Source of the DNA: the human T2T-CHM13v2.0 reference genome, Homo sapiens
DNA length: 64,000 nucleotides
Reading direction: 5' to 3' (one strand)
Assembly: GCF_009914755.1 (NCBI RefSeq)
Contig: NC_060927.1
Numbering within the stretch: position 1 is the stretch's first letter; every line of letters starts with the position of its first letter. The notes below the pieces were generated by a model, which was not told where the DNA came from, made no database searches, and saw only the letters and a program-made list of their open reading frames with translations. The position numbers and the translations under genes were made by a program. Of this stretch, positions 13,901 to 28,254 are shown one piece after another.

Positions 13901-16900
13901 TTCAGAGTTAAGATTGTAAAAAAATATGTCAGAAAAAATGGGCACCTTTTGTTTTGTTTTATAACTATGATTATGAAGTTTCTCAGGGGCGGAATCACCT
14001 TAATTGCCTACTTCATACTTAACAACAGGAAAGGCCAGTTTACGACGTGTTAAAGCATTTGAAGATTGTTTATCTTATAATTAGCATTGTCTGTGTGCAC
14101 TCAACTAAAGACTATTTAAGTTTAGACATATGAAATGTATTCTGTTCCAGTGATCATCAGCTTTTCCAGTACACACAACATCTGCATAATTGATTTAATA
14201 AGTTCATCTTACAAAAGAAAAATAGTCATTCTTCCTGTTATTAAAATTATTCATGTAATTTATAGTGTGTAGTAGAAAGTAGCCAAATTTTTATAGATAA
14301 CTAAAAACTATTATTGATTTTTATTATCTCTACTCTCTGAGATCTGAGAAAAATCTATCTACTGATTTTTTAAAATATTAATAGTAATTTGTATGCCTTT
14401 CTGATGTCTGGAGATGACTGGTTTGAAAACAACATCTGACTCATGAAAAAAGTAAAGGTATGTTTGTCATTACACCCCAACTTCTATAAAACACCACTGA
14501 ACCAGCCTAGCATGTGGGTTTGTCATTTGAAACAATTTACAAATCTTTCATAAAACTATTACTAGAGAAAACTGTGCCTGATAGTAAAGGCCAAGTAGCA
14601 TCATATGTAATAAAATCCTGAAATGTAATCTTATGAAAATTCTTTTAATCTTTCACTTATTTTCCTTTACAACTACCAACACCTTTATCAGATACTAATT
14701 TAATCTATAATACTATCAATTATTTCCTAATTTTTCCCGTGACTTCTGTACCTATCCATCAGAGTATATTCATTTATTCTAGTGTTTAACCACATTATTG
14801 TATGTTCTTATTTTAAACTTCAATATTTCATATGACCTAGAAAGTGTTTGTTGATTTTTTCCTAGACAGATTTGAGAGATAACCAAACTCCTAAGTTTAT
14901 CGTTATCTCATTTAAGCAGCCATCCACAACTCTACAAATAAGAGAGTTTAAATCACTTAGAAAGTCCTATAAATTATGGCGATGTGCATACTCATCTTTG
15001 CCAAATTTAAACTCTTTGCTAGGGCGATGTGTAACTGGTGGCACAAGACCATCTGGAAAATCACAGAATATTCTTCTTCAATCCCCAAAACCTCCACACA
15101 TATTTCCTGACCTTTACAGCTAGGTGCAACCATATTGATAATAGTTATCACTATAAACTTAAAATTTCATAGCATTTATTAGCTATGTTTTTTTTTATTT
15201 CTCCATCTTATGCTAACTTTAATGAATGCATTGTTTTATATAAACAGTAGTTTTGTTTTCACATTTGTGTAACAATCTCTCTGACAGCTTTGAAGTCAAT
15301 GGTTTTTCAAAGAAACTGGCATCTATCACACAGTTGCACATAAAGTATTTGATTTTTAAAAATATTGAATATATAAGAACATGAGTGTAGTTTTATATCA
15401 TTCAATTCAAAATATCTGGGCCAAGTAAATAATTTATATGAATACCACGCATTTATCTCAAATGGGACAAGTTCCACATTATTTGGCATAGTTTGATTAC
15501 GTTAAGATTATTTGGTGGGCACACTTAGAAACTTGAAAACAAGGCTCCTAAGCAGTCACTTTTTTTGCTTTTGTGGACAAACTTTAGAAATATCCAAACT
15601 CCCAAAATTTAACGGAAACCCACAATGCATGTTCAAAGGTCCAACTCTTCTCTTTTTTCTGTCCCTAATACAAATTATTATAAATCTTACTACTCAGATC
15701 CCTAGCCTCTCTTTCAGCCTTTTGATACTGTTCGGCCATTAAGCTATCAATATATATCTAACGTGGAGAGGTAGTGTCAAGGAAAATTTTTGCTATCTTG
15801 ATAAAATGGATAAAATGACCAGGAATGGACTTTTTTTCTCTTTCCTTCTTCTGTTAGCCTCAGTGTTGGATAGGATGATTAGAACTGACAGAATTGTCTT
15901 TCAGTCACAAAAACCCACTCCATATAGCAAAATAAAAAAAAATAAAATATACATCATTAACAACTAATTCAGTGTCCACACTTTTCTAACTCTGAGCTAC
16001 TTGGTTAAACTGCTCTTTGTGAGATTTTTGTCACTCACATTGACAAGTAATTCTACCTGATACATTAACATTGTAATTTGAATGTGATCACTCTGACACT
16101 TCTTTAAAATTATCAGCTAAGTTACTTTTATTTTTTTTTTTTACATCCTGCTCTCATTCTCCCTCTGAAATATTCAACAGAAATTTTGAAAACAAGATTA
16201 TTTATTCCAGGAAAATGGTAGTTCAGGGTATCAGAAAGCTACGCAGAATTTCAAAACCTTCGACACGCTTTCCCACAATATAAAAGAAATCGTATGAATC
16301 TCCTTTAAAAAATGAACAAGGTAATACTGACATTGACCTGTTCTTGGGCCTCATTTCCCAAGAGTACAGTCATGTTAGATTGAGATGAAAGTTTTCACTT
16401 CCTTGCTTTCCAACTTTATGTGTGGGAAATACAGTTTTTCTTGATGCTGCAAAAGGCTACCAACTTAAATCCTTATCTCCTTGTGTGTGATTCAATGACA
16501 AGCCTCAGAGAACTAAATAGTGGAAATAATTATAGACAATCCACTCTCATGACTTCAGTGTGGAGTCTGGCAGCATTGGGCCTTTAACTCTCATGTAGTA
16601 TTTGAAAAAAGCCTACTGTGTTATTTTTCCTTCAAAAAAATTGAAGTAAAAATCATGTGTATTTCTGTAACAACAAAAAAGGAAAATGTGCTTTTGTTTA
16701 GGATTTGGTCATTTTTGTCCATAAAACAAGTGTGCATATGACTCTAATTTTTCCTAGGCCAAAATTAAACTTTTACTGAATAGTTTCATGCTGTCTTTTT
16801 TGTAACTCTACCCTGAAAAACGCACGTGAAATAATCATCTTAAGCAGTTGCTTTTTCCCCTGAATTTAAAAAGAAACAACAGGTATTCAGGAAGAGTATT

Positions 16901-18475
16901 TTGACTTTTGAAAACCTTTGTAAGAATTCAAGGCCACGTGTCATTTCAGTGTACCATTAAAAACCCATTTTGATTACAGTAACATTTGTTGCACAGAGGA
17001 AAGTAGCATTTAATTTGTTTTCTCATAGTATAGTTCCTACTGGGTGGGTAAGAGACTATTTCTAATTTTGTTTTGTATGAAGCTATTGCTTTTTTGCACT
17101 TTGCTTGTGCTGATACAATGATTCTTTTGAGAAATAATGGTAAACTAATACAGATTTTCTCAAAGAAACTGTGTGATATGGTCTGAATGAATTCTTTTTT
17201 TTTTTGGCCTGAGAGCCAATTTATTTTTCAGAGTAGAAAAATGAGAATAAAAATATATTCTAGGGACTTTTGTTTGAGACATTATCTCTTTGGCATAGTT
17301 TCTTTCAGTAATTATTACCTTTTTATCTTATTTTAAAAGTACAGTCCTTTAAATTATATTTTACTAGTATGGGAACCTTAAAATAAAAGCAAAGTTTTAT
17401 AGGATATCTTTGGAGGTATTATTTTTTCATCTACTTGGGTAATTTTTAAAATAGGATAAATGAACCAAGAAGGAAATGTCTTTCCTATTTGTATGAAAGT
17501 AAATAATAGTACTATGTATTAATGAAAATTTAAGTTGCAAATTAATTATGAATGCTTCAAAATAAACAAAGAAAACTAAAGCAACTTTATCAGAAGCAAC
17601 AAACCAACATCATCAATTTATCCTATAATCTGTTGTGATTAGGACTGCCAATCTTTAGCCTTAGTTTACTTTGTCGAACCCAATTGATTTATAACAAAAA
17701 ATTATATTTGAATCAGATTTTTTCCTCTTTAAGACTGTACCGAATACATCAGAACTTGTAGTAATCTACCAAATGTATAAATTATTCTGTTTCCATAAAA
17801 TTTTTACACTATAGAATATACTTTTGAATTGTTTATTAATTCTAACACTTTACCAAGTGGTAAACTTATCTATGTTTTTTTGTGTATATTAAATGCAAAG
17901 AGATCATTACAGTGTTGATATTCAGAGCTTACTGAAGTGGCAGAACTTTTCAATGGAAAGTAATTGCATTTGGTGTACAATATCTAAGATGTTTGTATGT
18001 GTGTTTACTTTTTTTTCCACATGTTTATGATAGTCCCACTCCAGGGGACAGTCTTCCAGTATGTGAATCACGAGTGTACCAGACAATCCTCTTATGCTTT
18101 TCTGTTTATCAATAAACAGAAACACCTAGGATGGCAAAGGCCACATAGAAAAAGTGTTGTCTGTATGTACCAAGCTGAGAGATTCATATATGTGTTCTTC
18201 ACCTGTGGTAGAAAATTACCCCAACACATCACAATGAACCCTTCAAGATAATAAATATCTATTCATAGAAAAGCTGGGGAATCCTAATCCACTAATATTG
18301 CACCCAATGTAGAAAAGGCAAATGTGCATATGCCAAAAAGTATAAGGTCAATCTTTATTGCTCCCAGAGTTATTCAGTGGTTATGCTAATACCATTTATG
18401 AAAAAATACCTGGAATTTCCAAAGATTTGCAATACCATATTGCCATTAGGAAATGCAGATATATAAAGAAATAGG

Positions 18476-19127
18476 CAGCCATTTCTTGTTAATTTCAATA
18501 ATTATGTTCTATAAGAAATTCATCACTAAAATTGAATTAGCTAATACTGAAGAACTGTTCCTAAGAGAAACACATGGTTAGGTTCCTGCAAACCTCTGTT
18601 CACATTTCCTGCAAGCCTAGTTCAGCATTTTATCAGTTCATCAATAGGCAACTTATTTTATGTATGTTTTTATTTAAAGACACACTTTTAAAGATATGTT
18701 GTTGATTTATTAACATTAAACTCAAGTTCAACAGCACTATTACTCATGCCTGAACAAAGCTTATCTAATACAAGCATTTTCTCTGGAAGGCACATCAGAA
18801 CCTTCTTGCACTCAGGAAGACAAGGCAACACTTCAGTACGATGATTGTGGGCCATGTTAAACAGAAAGTGAACAGCGAAAATCATAAAAGCATGAAACAG
18901 AAAATAACAAAGAGTATAAGAACTGGATTTTAGAACTGAAAAAAGAAGATAGTTTGTTATCACTTTGTTCAATATCAGCTGAACATTTGAGCAATGAGTG
19001 CCTCAAACTTTACTCTGAGCAAAATAACTGCAAATGAGCATGTAAGTTACATGAATATTCATTTGGGGGTTACAAATTTAGTGAGTAAATGAATGTGGAA
19101 TCTGCCAATAATGAGGATGAAATATAC
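18476..19127. mobile_element. MER82 (TcMar-Tigger non-autonomous)
   Basis: Contains GGTTAGGTTCCTGC..., AACAGCACTATTACTCATGCCTGAACAAAGCTTATCTAA and ...TGGAATCTGCCAATAATGAGGAT, matching the recalled MER82 consensus. Confidence 0.7.
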
Positions 19128-19707
19128 ATAGGTAAACAGATAGTTTTTTGTATGTACGGCAGCAGATAGTTTTTTGTATGTATGGCTTTGTGTTCTATGA
19201 CATCAATATTTTTAATTTCACAATTCGTAAGACTGTTTTATTATACCTCTTTATACCTATATTATGTTATATAATCTAATTCATTTTATGGTAATTTTGT
19301 TGTTAATTTTATTGTTTATAAATGTAAAAGCTGTTAATTATTAAAAATAATATAAAAATATCAAAATGAATAAATGAAATAAACTACACAGACTCTCAAC
19401 ACCTAAAGGTAAAGAAAATTCACACAGTATATAACCATATCTCCAGCTGTTTTACATTAAAATAATCTCTGATATTGGACATTTTTATTGTTCTCCTTTT
19501 TCTACTTTATATAAAAATTCATATAATACCTATGTTCTTAATCTTCTATTTTGGATTATTATTTAAATTGATCAGTAAAAGTAAATCAATATTTAATGGT
19601 TCTTAACTAAAATAAGATGGTTAAACATATATATATCCTCAAACAGCTGTGGTTAAGTATGCTTCTTTCATCTCACCACTTTTTCCTGTTATTGCATATA
19701 ATTATTA

Positions 19708-19752
19708 ACACACATGCACACACACACACACACACCCCGCACACACATACAC
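19708..19752. repeat. (CA)n microsatellite
   Basis: Direct reading. Confidence 0.85.
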
Positions 19753-20049
19753 CACTCTGCAAATTAGGTAAATATTAACATTTCTTTCTTTTACAACACT
19801 TCTACATAATTTTCTTTAGATTGAATTTTTAAATTATTTTATCTTTTATTTCCACAATTCTGTGAATTATGTATTGGTGTTATTTGCACAATTTTTATTG
19901 ACAGAATTTTCTTTTCATTCATTTGTATGAACTCCTTTTGAATTATTCCCTTCTTTATACATTTACAGCAAATTATACTATACTATTATATTTTAATATA
20001 CTGCATTATATTTTAGTGAGTTTATCACTAACATTTTGTAGCTAATTTC

Positions 20050-20650
20050 CTCTGAATATTCATTTTCTCTATCTTCCTGAAATAAATAGAAATCCATGAA
20101 TATTGCCCCAAACTTTCTTGTTTGAAATCTTTCCTATCTTAATTAATGGCCTCCAGATTCTCACATTAAAACATTTGAGGTCAATTTTGATACTTCCTTT
20201 TCTCTCATACTGCACCTGTAAATTCTGTCAAAACATACTATTACTGCAATCTGTTTCCACCACTGCCACTGCTAAGAATTTACTCTATGTCACCATCATC
20301 TCTTACCTGGATTATTGCACTATCTTTGTGACTGATCGTGCTTCCACCTTGGCCTATTTTCCACACAGTTGCCAGCATGATCCTATTAAAACGTCAAGTC
20401 AGATCAGATCGACTCTAAAAGCGTTTTATCTGTAAAAACCAAATTTTGAAATGGTTAACTGCACACTACTTAATCTGTAAACTCTTAGACCTTGTCCCTG
20501 AGTACGCAACCTCACTGTCACTCTACTAAAGCATATTGGTCTCTATGCTCTTCTTCAATCAGACCAGGCAATGCCTTCATCTTAGTTCCCTTCACTGGCT
20601 CTTCCCTAGGCTTGGAATTCCCTTGTGGGTGAGTTCCTTGGAATCACTTG
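20050..20650 (+). mobile_element. L2 fragment
   Basis: Contains CACCATCATCTCTTACCTGGATTATTGC...CCACACAG..GCCAG..TGATCCT.TTAAAA..T.AAGTCAGATCA, a typical L2 3' motif. Confidence 0.65.
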
Positions 20651-20775
20651 AAAAAAATCCTTCTACTCTTTTATTATTATGCTTATTATTTTAGGTGAAT
20701 GTAATAAGCATAGGAATATTCTCTATTAAAAATACTTTTAGCGAGAATTATTAATGCTCCTTTAAGAAACTCCTC

Positions 20776-21128
20776 TTTTTTTTGTTTGTTTTTGTTTTTT
20801 TTTTGTTTTTTTTTTTTTGTTTTTTTTTGTTTTTTTTGTTTTTTTTGAGACAGAGTCTCGCTCTGTCGCCCAGGCTGGAGTGCAGTGGCACGATCTCGGC
20901 TCACTGCAAGCTCCACCTCCTGGATTCACGCCATTCTCCTGCCTCAGCCCCCGAATAGCTGGGACTACAGGCGCCCGCCACCACGCCCGGCTAATTTTTT
21001 TGTATTTTTTAGTAGAGACGGGGTTTCACCATGTTAGCCAGGATGGTCTCGATCTCCTGACCTCGTGATCCGCCTGCCTCGGCCTCCCAAAGTGCTGGGA
21101 TTACAAGCGTGAGCCACCGCGCAGGGCC
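20776..21128 (-). mobile_element. AluY with ~70-nt patterned tail
   Basis: AluY diagnostics (CTGCAAGCTCC, TTCACGCCATTCTCC, TTAGCCAGGATGGTCTCGATCTCCTGACCTCGTG), many CpGs retained, and a TSD of AGAAACTCC on both sides. Confidence 0.95.
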
Positions 21129-21618
21129 AGAAACTCCCTTTTTACTAATGATTCCAAACTGTCTTTTCATTAGACAACCAGGTAATAGTCTTCTAATAAC
21201 TAATATTCATTCCTGAATACATGATCAAGCTTTAAAAGAGCCTATCCTATTAAGAGATGCATTTTAAATAGAATTGGCTTATAAAAGTTTAATAATTATT
21301 ATCAAAATATATGTTCTGTGCTGTTTTGATCCATTATACTAGTAATATTTGTAATGGTAACTTAATCCAGAAAATTTTTTAGTACCCAGAGTCATAGCTC
21401 ATACAAAACTTAAAACATAAACTTTGATCACACAAAACATAAAACTAAAACAATAGTTTACACATTTTGGTGGCAGAAGTTTATAATGAGATAATCCATA
21501 ACCTTTCAAATATGACTAAATATGATTTCCAAGGAGAAAATGAAAGATAAATTGCTTAAAAGTTTTTACTATTAAAGTAGAATATGTTCAAACACATGTA
21601 AATGAAATGACAGTGGAA

Positions 21619-21940
21619 GTGATGGTTAATTTTGTGTATCAACTTTGTTAGGCTGTGGCACCCAATTCTTTGGTCAAATAACAGTCTAGATGTTTCTATG
21701 AAGGCATTTTTTTATTCAATTAACATTTAAAATCTATTCATTGTATGTAAGGCAGATTACCCTCTATAATATGAGTGGGTTTTGCTCAATGAATTGAAGG
21801 TCTTATAAGCAAAGACAGGTTTCCCAACCCCAGAAAAAGAATTCTGTTTCAAGAGTACAACATAAAAATCTTGCTAAATTTTGAATTTTCCACTGCTTGC
21901 CTGCTCTGCAGATTTCAGATTCAAGATTACAATGACTCTT
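21619..21940 (+). mobile_element. MLT2 (ERVL) LTR fragment
   Basis: Begins GTGATGGTTAATTTTGTGTATCAACTT...TTTGGTCAAA...GTCTAGATGTT, the MLT2 5' signature. Confidence 0.7.
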
Positions 21941-23436
21941 ATACATGTGAATGTATTTACTTATGTGTGTATATACTGTATTAAAAACTCCTTAAGACAC
22001 ACGCATTTAACTTTGGTCAGGTTAACTGATGATTTGTCTATAACATAAAGGGAGGGGAAACATATGCCTTAAGCGTCACCAGTGGTTTAAAACTTTGCCT
22101 TTATCTGGAAGGTGAAGACAGAAAAGCAGAATTGCAAACATATATTCATAAACATAAATGATTGTTTAATCCAGTGTGTTGTGAAGAAATTACATGCACC
22201 ATGTGAAAAAATGCCAGAATATTTAGAGGGAAGACTCCTTCAGAACAGTTTTCTGAAGAAAGTTTGTTTATAGGTGTGCAATATGAAGTGTGCATTGGCA
22301 ATCAGTTGTGGAAGAATTTGGAGATTTTCTACTGCAGTAATATGGACTTTCAAAATGTTCATTAATTTTAGATTTTAGATGTATTACTTCTATTAAGCAA
22401 AAACTGTGTACCACTTATGGAGCATTGTCACAGAAAACTGGGAAGAATTTAAGTATTTAAATTAGTATTGAAGTCTAAGTAATATTTCAAAATATGCAGT
22501 GAGTAATGGAAAGTTTTTGTTGTTGGTGTCTGTGACCCAAATAAAATAATTTCATCAATTTTAGACTTGATGAAAAGGAATCTTTTCTTTTGATTTTTGC
22601 TTGATATTTCTTGCTGCTCTTTTCGCTGTAATGTTCGTTTTTTTTTTTTTTCCTCTCTGTCTTTCCGCAGAATGTTGTTCTGTAGCCAGTTTAGAGACAT
22701 GCCTGGTAATATTAAGTAAAGATTGAGTAGCAGAAATGTAAACTTGCATTTTATTTTAGGTAAAGTATATGCAGATTAACTGCCATTTGGGGTAGTGGAT
22801 TCCTAAATGTACACCTGCTAACCATTATTTGATTATTTTCTCCAGTTAATATTTTGTGATTTAATGATTCAACATATATTTATATAAATTATTCCACTAA
22901 AGAATAATAATGTATGGACAAACATTAGGCAAATTTTATTACACTAAAATAATAGTTTAAATTTAAATATGCTAAGTATCACTGAAAATATATTTTATTT
23001 GCTAGTTTTTAAAATGTTAAGAAACTTTCCCTTTTACTTAAGTGCCACATTCATGTATGTATGCAAACACGTAAAAAAACCTCAAATAAATTACCTACCA
23101 ATAAATCTTGCCCAGTTTGAAAAGCTTCGTTGTGACACTATCATCTCATAATAAATATGGAGGAATATAGTTTTATGTCCCACTGAAATAATGCCAACTT
23201 TCTATCAGCTCCCAGGAATTGCTTTATTTGTAATTCAGAGTGAATGATGCCACCTCACGATTTCCTATAAAATCTCAATTTTTCTTGAAGAACTTTTATA
23301 TAAAAACTGACAGATTTGATACTGCTGTTTTATGACATGACTAAATCAGAACTCATAGTGGCATGTTTGAATGCAAAATAATATTGCTATAATACTGTAT
23401 GCCTTGATTTACTTTTACATTTCATTCCTCATTTTG

Positions 23437-23529
23437 TATCTATCTATCTATCTATCTACCTATCTATCTATCTATCTATCTATCTATCTCTCTCTCTCTC
23501 TGTCTCACACACACACACACACACACACA
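23437..23529. repeat. compound microsatellite (TCTA)n(TC)n(CA)n
   Basis: Direct reading. Confidence 0.9.
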
Positions 23530-24171
23530 ACCAAATTCAGGGTAATGTTGACTTTAATGTGTTATAGTACTAGACAGTATACCTGAAAGCAGTTGTATAA
23601 TATATAACTGAATGGTGCTTGAATGTTTACAGACATTGCTCACGTTTATTTCCTAAATCATTTATTCTATGTGTAGAGAAAAAATTGGCTTTTGTATATT
23701 AAATTGCATCTTAAAGTAAATAATTTCAAAACAATCATCTTTTTCTCTAGTACAGAAGCACTATATAAATTCTCTGTATATTTGCCACTCATAATTGTTT
23801 ACCAATGTTTAACCTCTCAAAATATAAATTTTTAAAAGCACACATTTAGATATTCACTGAATCTAGAGTGTATATTGATTTTTTGTATAATATTTATAAT
23901 ATATGACTTCTTAATTGGCTTCTAACAAAATATGTGATGACAGGTACGAGGGAGTCTCACAGCGTAAGATATACTGCTGCTCTCCATATATTTACTAGTT
24001 GGTGCAGAGGTTATCAATAAATTTTCTGTCTGAATACAATTGATCTGGCCAGTGCCATTTCATGAATAATGCTTAGACACTGTTGTGTTACCTTTCTCAA
24101 ATCCAATGGGGTTGAAGGAATACTCTTGGCTTGGTGCCTCTATTGGATAAAATATCATAATCTCCATAGGG

Positions 24172-24587
24172 GTATTTTTTAGTGTATTGTGTTGCTATAA
24201 ATGATTACATAAGGCTGCATAATTTATAAAGAAATAAGTCTTATTTAGCTCACCATTCTGTGGCTGGAAGGTTCATGACTGGGCATTCGGTGAGGGACTG
24301 AGGCTGCTTCCACTCATGTCAGAAGACAAAGGGGAGCCCCCTGTACAGAGACTACAAGAGAAGAGAAGAAGCAAGGTAGGAGAAGATGTCAGGTTCCTTT
24401 TAACAACCAGCTCTCTTGAGAAGTAATAGAGTGAGAACTCCGTCACCTCCAAGGGAACACATTAGTCTATTCATGGGGGATTCCCTCTCCCCAGTGACCC
24501 AAACATCTCCCATTAGGCCCCACTTTCAACACTGGGGATTAAATATCAACATGAAGTTTGCAAAGGAAAAACGTCAAAACCATAATA
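24172..24587 (-). mobile_element. MST (MaLR) LTR, MSTB-like
   Basis: Contains GTGTTGCTATAAA..ATTTATAAAGAAA..TTATTTAGCTCAC..GCTTCCACTCATG..CCCATTAGGCCCCAC..CAACATGA..AAACCATA. Confidence 0.75.
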
Positions 24588-27199
24588 GATATGTAGTATG
24601 AAATTCATTTATCCTGCACACCTTCTGGAAATTCCTGGCCAATGACACACAGCTCTACATCTTGTGGGGACAACATGCGTTGAAATGCACTATGTAGAGA
24701 AGGAGGTGTGACATTCTAAATGATGCAGCCAGGACAGAACAGAGAGTTCAAGGCATAAGAATAATTATGATGGATGATTCAAAGAATAAATAAATGGTTT
24801 CAAAGTGAAGTATTCGTACCACAAAGGAAAAGAAGGGACACGGAGTGAGGATATATTACAGGTTCTTAGTAATGGGAATCTTTTTGTTGGGATGGTGGGA
24901 AAAAATATTTTTTTAAAATATTTTTTAAAAATATTTTTAGTTATTAGGTAAAGTTGGGATGTTTCTCTGTCGAAATGGCGGGGGGAAAGAGGGAGAAAGT
25001 GGATAGAATGACAAACTGATAAATTATTGAAACTTTCTTTGATGTAATGCTAAAATGTAATGACGATAAAGTGAACAGAAAGAAAAACTACCTATGAAAA
25101 ATATATAAAAGAAAAAAGTAAGTTAGAAGGTTCAAATTAGGAATGAATAAATACAAACTCGGAGATGGTTAGAGATGGAATTTAGAGTTGTCGTGAACAA
25201 ATACACATATAAAATTGTACAGTATTGTATTCAAGTGAGGGGCTAATGGATACATAGTCTTAAAGCTAAAATTTAGAAACTGGAGACTTGTTCAATATTC
25301 ATTGACCATATGTAATTGCTACATTATTACCTTTACTATTTTTGTAGGGTCTGAGACGTCTGGCCAGAGGGTAGGAGAAAAAAGAAATCCCTGAAAACGT
25401 GTCCTCAGTGGTACTTTCATGGATAGTGTTTTAAAGTATGCATCCAGATGTCATCTCTGCATCATAACAAATCAACCCAACTTTTGGAATTTGGGATATG
25501 ATATATAGTTATTTCTGAGGTTCTTTCTCTCTTATCAACGTTATGCTGTGTGGACAAAGTAAGCTCAAGTATTAGGAGTGATGGTTCAATTTAATTTAAC
25601 TTCCAGTTAAGTACAACAATCCAAATGAGTTCTGGCCGAGGGCAAAGGAAGCATGGAATAGAGAAAAGAGGAGCAAGAGAGAAATACATGTATAGCCTTG
25701 TGAAGAGTTACAGAGCATGAAGCAATCACAAAATTATGTGTCTATTTTGTTCATTCTTCATCACATGGTGTAATACATGGACTGGGTTTAGTCACTTATT
25801 AGGAAAAACATGGCTGAAAATCTTAGTGTTTTCAACATAGATGGAATATTTTTTCTCAGCTGCCTAATTACACGTAAGTACGTCTGTGTGTGTGTGTATC
25901 TGTCTTTGTGAATTAATGATAGATATGTTTTAAATTATGAACAAAATATATGATACACATGAAGTCTACACTGTTTACTCACACATTAACTAAATCAATG
26001 AGTCATTAAAGAAAAAAAGTAGTTTTCACACTTATATATTTCATACTTTGTGTCCCTCAAAGTATCTAGCACAGCGCCATTAATAAACTTGATGAAACTG
26101 TGAGAAATGAATAAATGCATATTGTCTCACTGTGAATGAAGTGATATGCCTTGAAGATAACTGTCTAGCATTCAAAGTGAAGTCTTTTAAAATATAAAAT
26201 GCTGTGCTTTTTTTGTGAGGTGGCCTGTTAGCTATATGACTTTAACTTAAACATGACTGCTATCACAAGAATGGCAAGAGATTGATCTTTGTGTGCTTTG
26301 TTGGCTGGGACCAGCTCACCAAATGTCTTTGTTTAAATTCCTTCAGTGATTAACAGACACAAAAAAGTATATAGGTCAATTAGCAATGCCTGCCATGTAT
26401 TCCATAGATCCATTAGCAATGCCTGCCAGGTACTCCAGACACGGGAGAGGTGGCATGCATGTTTGCTGACCCTGATCTAATTCATTTATATAGTACTTGC
26501 TTTCATAATATTTCACATTGTAAATTGGGCTTCTTATGATTAAAAAGGAGGTTACTGAAGAGAGAAACAATATAATAATTGAGCTAGAAGCAAGACTTGG
26601 AGAAAGGGAGATACAATTAGCCTTTTGGGACTGGTGGAAATGTTAGAATATATGAGCAAAGGTAAGTGCAAAAAATGAGTATGACTATAACATATTACAC
26701 ATTGGACATTAATATCAAATATAAGCAGGGCCCATCTAGAAATAAATAGTTTTCTTGAGAGTACTTCTAAATACCTTTATCGCCTGGCTCTGTGCCCCAA
26801 AACTCTCATTACCCCAGTTTATCTCCTCTTCTATGACTATTTTTTCTCTCTCTTCATCTACAACTCTTCAAAAAAAGGTAATTGGTGATTGCTGCTTCCC
26901 TTCTTCTTTCTCTGTTCTTACTAAACCATTGCTGTTTTAATAAATTAGAAACAAAATACTCTGTTCTTCTCAACTATATTTAGTGAGCTACAAATATTTG
27001 ATAAGATTCCTCTAAGTGTGGAACATTAAGACTCATCCTCACTGAGTTCACTTCCCAATTGGGTTTTTAGAAATGCAGAGATTTAGCTACACAATGTTCA
27101 AGTAAAAGACTGTCAACACACACTTTTGAAGCTATAAATGGTACTTCAAGCATTTGGAAAAGCTTTAGTGTTAATCAGTGATTAAAAACTGACCTTGAT

Positions 27200-28254
27200 A
27201 AATTGCTTAACCATTCTTACTAATTACACAATACATATCCATTGATGAGTTTATGGGCTTTGCCCATCTCCAAAACCAACCAGAACCTCCTTCAAGAAAA
27301 GACTATTGCAGTTCCTTCCAGTACTTTAATTCATTCTTGTCTATTGTCTACTTTAGGCACTATCTCAAGAGACATTTTCAAAAATGCAAAGTACTCATTT
27401 GCCACTTACAGAGAGTATATGTATGTGACATTGACATAAGGTAGGTGTCCTAAAATTTTTGTAACAGACACAAAAAATTTTGTCTACTCTTCAGAATAAC
27501 TCGGAAGGAGACAGACTGCACACTTGATGCATTTAGATATAGAAAATTAAAGAACATGATTCACAAAATTCACAAATTCAAGAAGTTATCATAACATGAG
27601 ATCTGCAGATGCAAAAGGCAAGCTTTTATTTTCAGAGAAACAATCTATAGATTGGGGAGACTCAGCCTTAGGTGCAAGCAAAAGTGCACTGCAGAGAACA
27701 AACGGAGGGTTTGATTTTTTCAATAGAGAAAGCTCCTGCTCTAGTTTCCCATCAGGTTTGTTTTCAGAAATGTTGGATTCAAACTTGTTACAGCTGAGTC
27801 CTGATTGGTCAGGGAAGCAGAGTCCTGATTGGGTAATTTTCAAGTCTGGAACCACAAACCCTTTTTGATTAAAGATTTCCAGGTGATTGGGAATTTTTAG
27901 CCCTTGGTCACCAGGGCTACTCCTGCTCAGGATTGTACAAGCAGAATATTTGTCAAGGGCTGTGTTTTCTTCCAAGAACACAGTGTGTGACCCCTTTCTC
28001 ACCTCACTGTGGCTGCCGGGTTCTGTTTTAAAATTTGAAGTGTCTCTGTTAGCCATAGAGTATCCATTTTGCCGAGATATTTTGGGTCTTTTCACAAATA
28101 TAATGTCATTTTAAAAAAATGATATGTTTTTATTACTGTTCTCATTTTCAAGTAATCTGAAAGGTTTCTCTGAGAGTGATTTAATGAGATCAAGTGGCTG
28201 AGTAGTGGAAATAGCAATACATTTGTTGTTCTATGATTTACAAATCACTGTCAC
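27200..28254 (-). pseudogene. Large 3' exon relic (contains the 168-aa ORF 27589-28095)
   Basis: Acceptor ...tcctgtacaggtttttag|GTG at 28254. One frame reads VTVICKS*NNKCIAISTTQPLDLIKSLSEKPFRLLENENSNKNISFF*NDIIFVKRPKISRQ...ADLML, ~220 codons with only 2 internal stops in AT-rich DNA. A Cys-rich tail follows. 3' end uncertain. Confidence 0.6.

Noticed and set aside
26378-26445. 33-bp tandem duplication ATTAGCAATGCCTGCCA...
   Set aside because: Small local duplication, probably within a decayed hAT (MER102-like) fragment; no functional signal.
27589-28095. 168-aa ORF as a standalone gene or a processed SENP5-like pseudogene
   Set aside because: It starts at GTG, has no poly(A) or TSD, and shows no convincing motif match to SENP5. 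The frame extends upstream through stops to a splice acceptor, so it is better read as an exon relic.
27596-28114. Plus-strand ORFs of 90 and 75 aa
   Set aside because: S/L/F-rich antisense shadows of the minus-strand frame.
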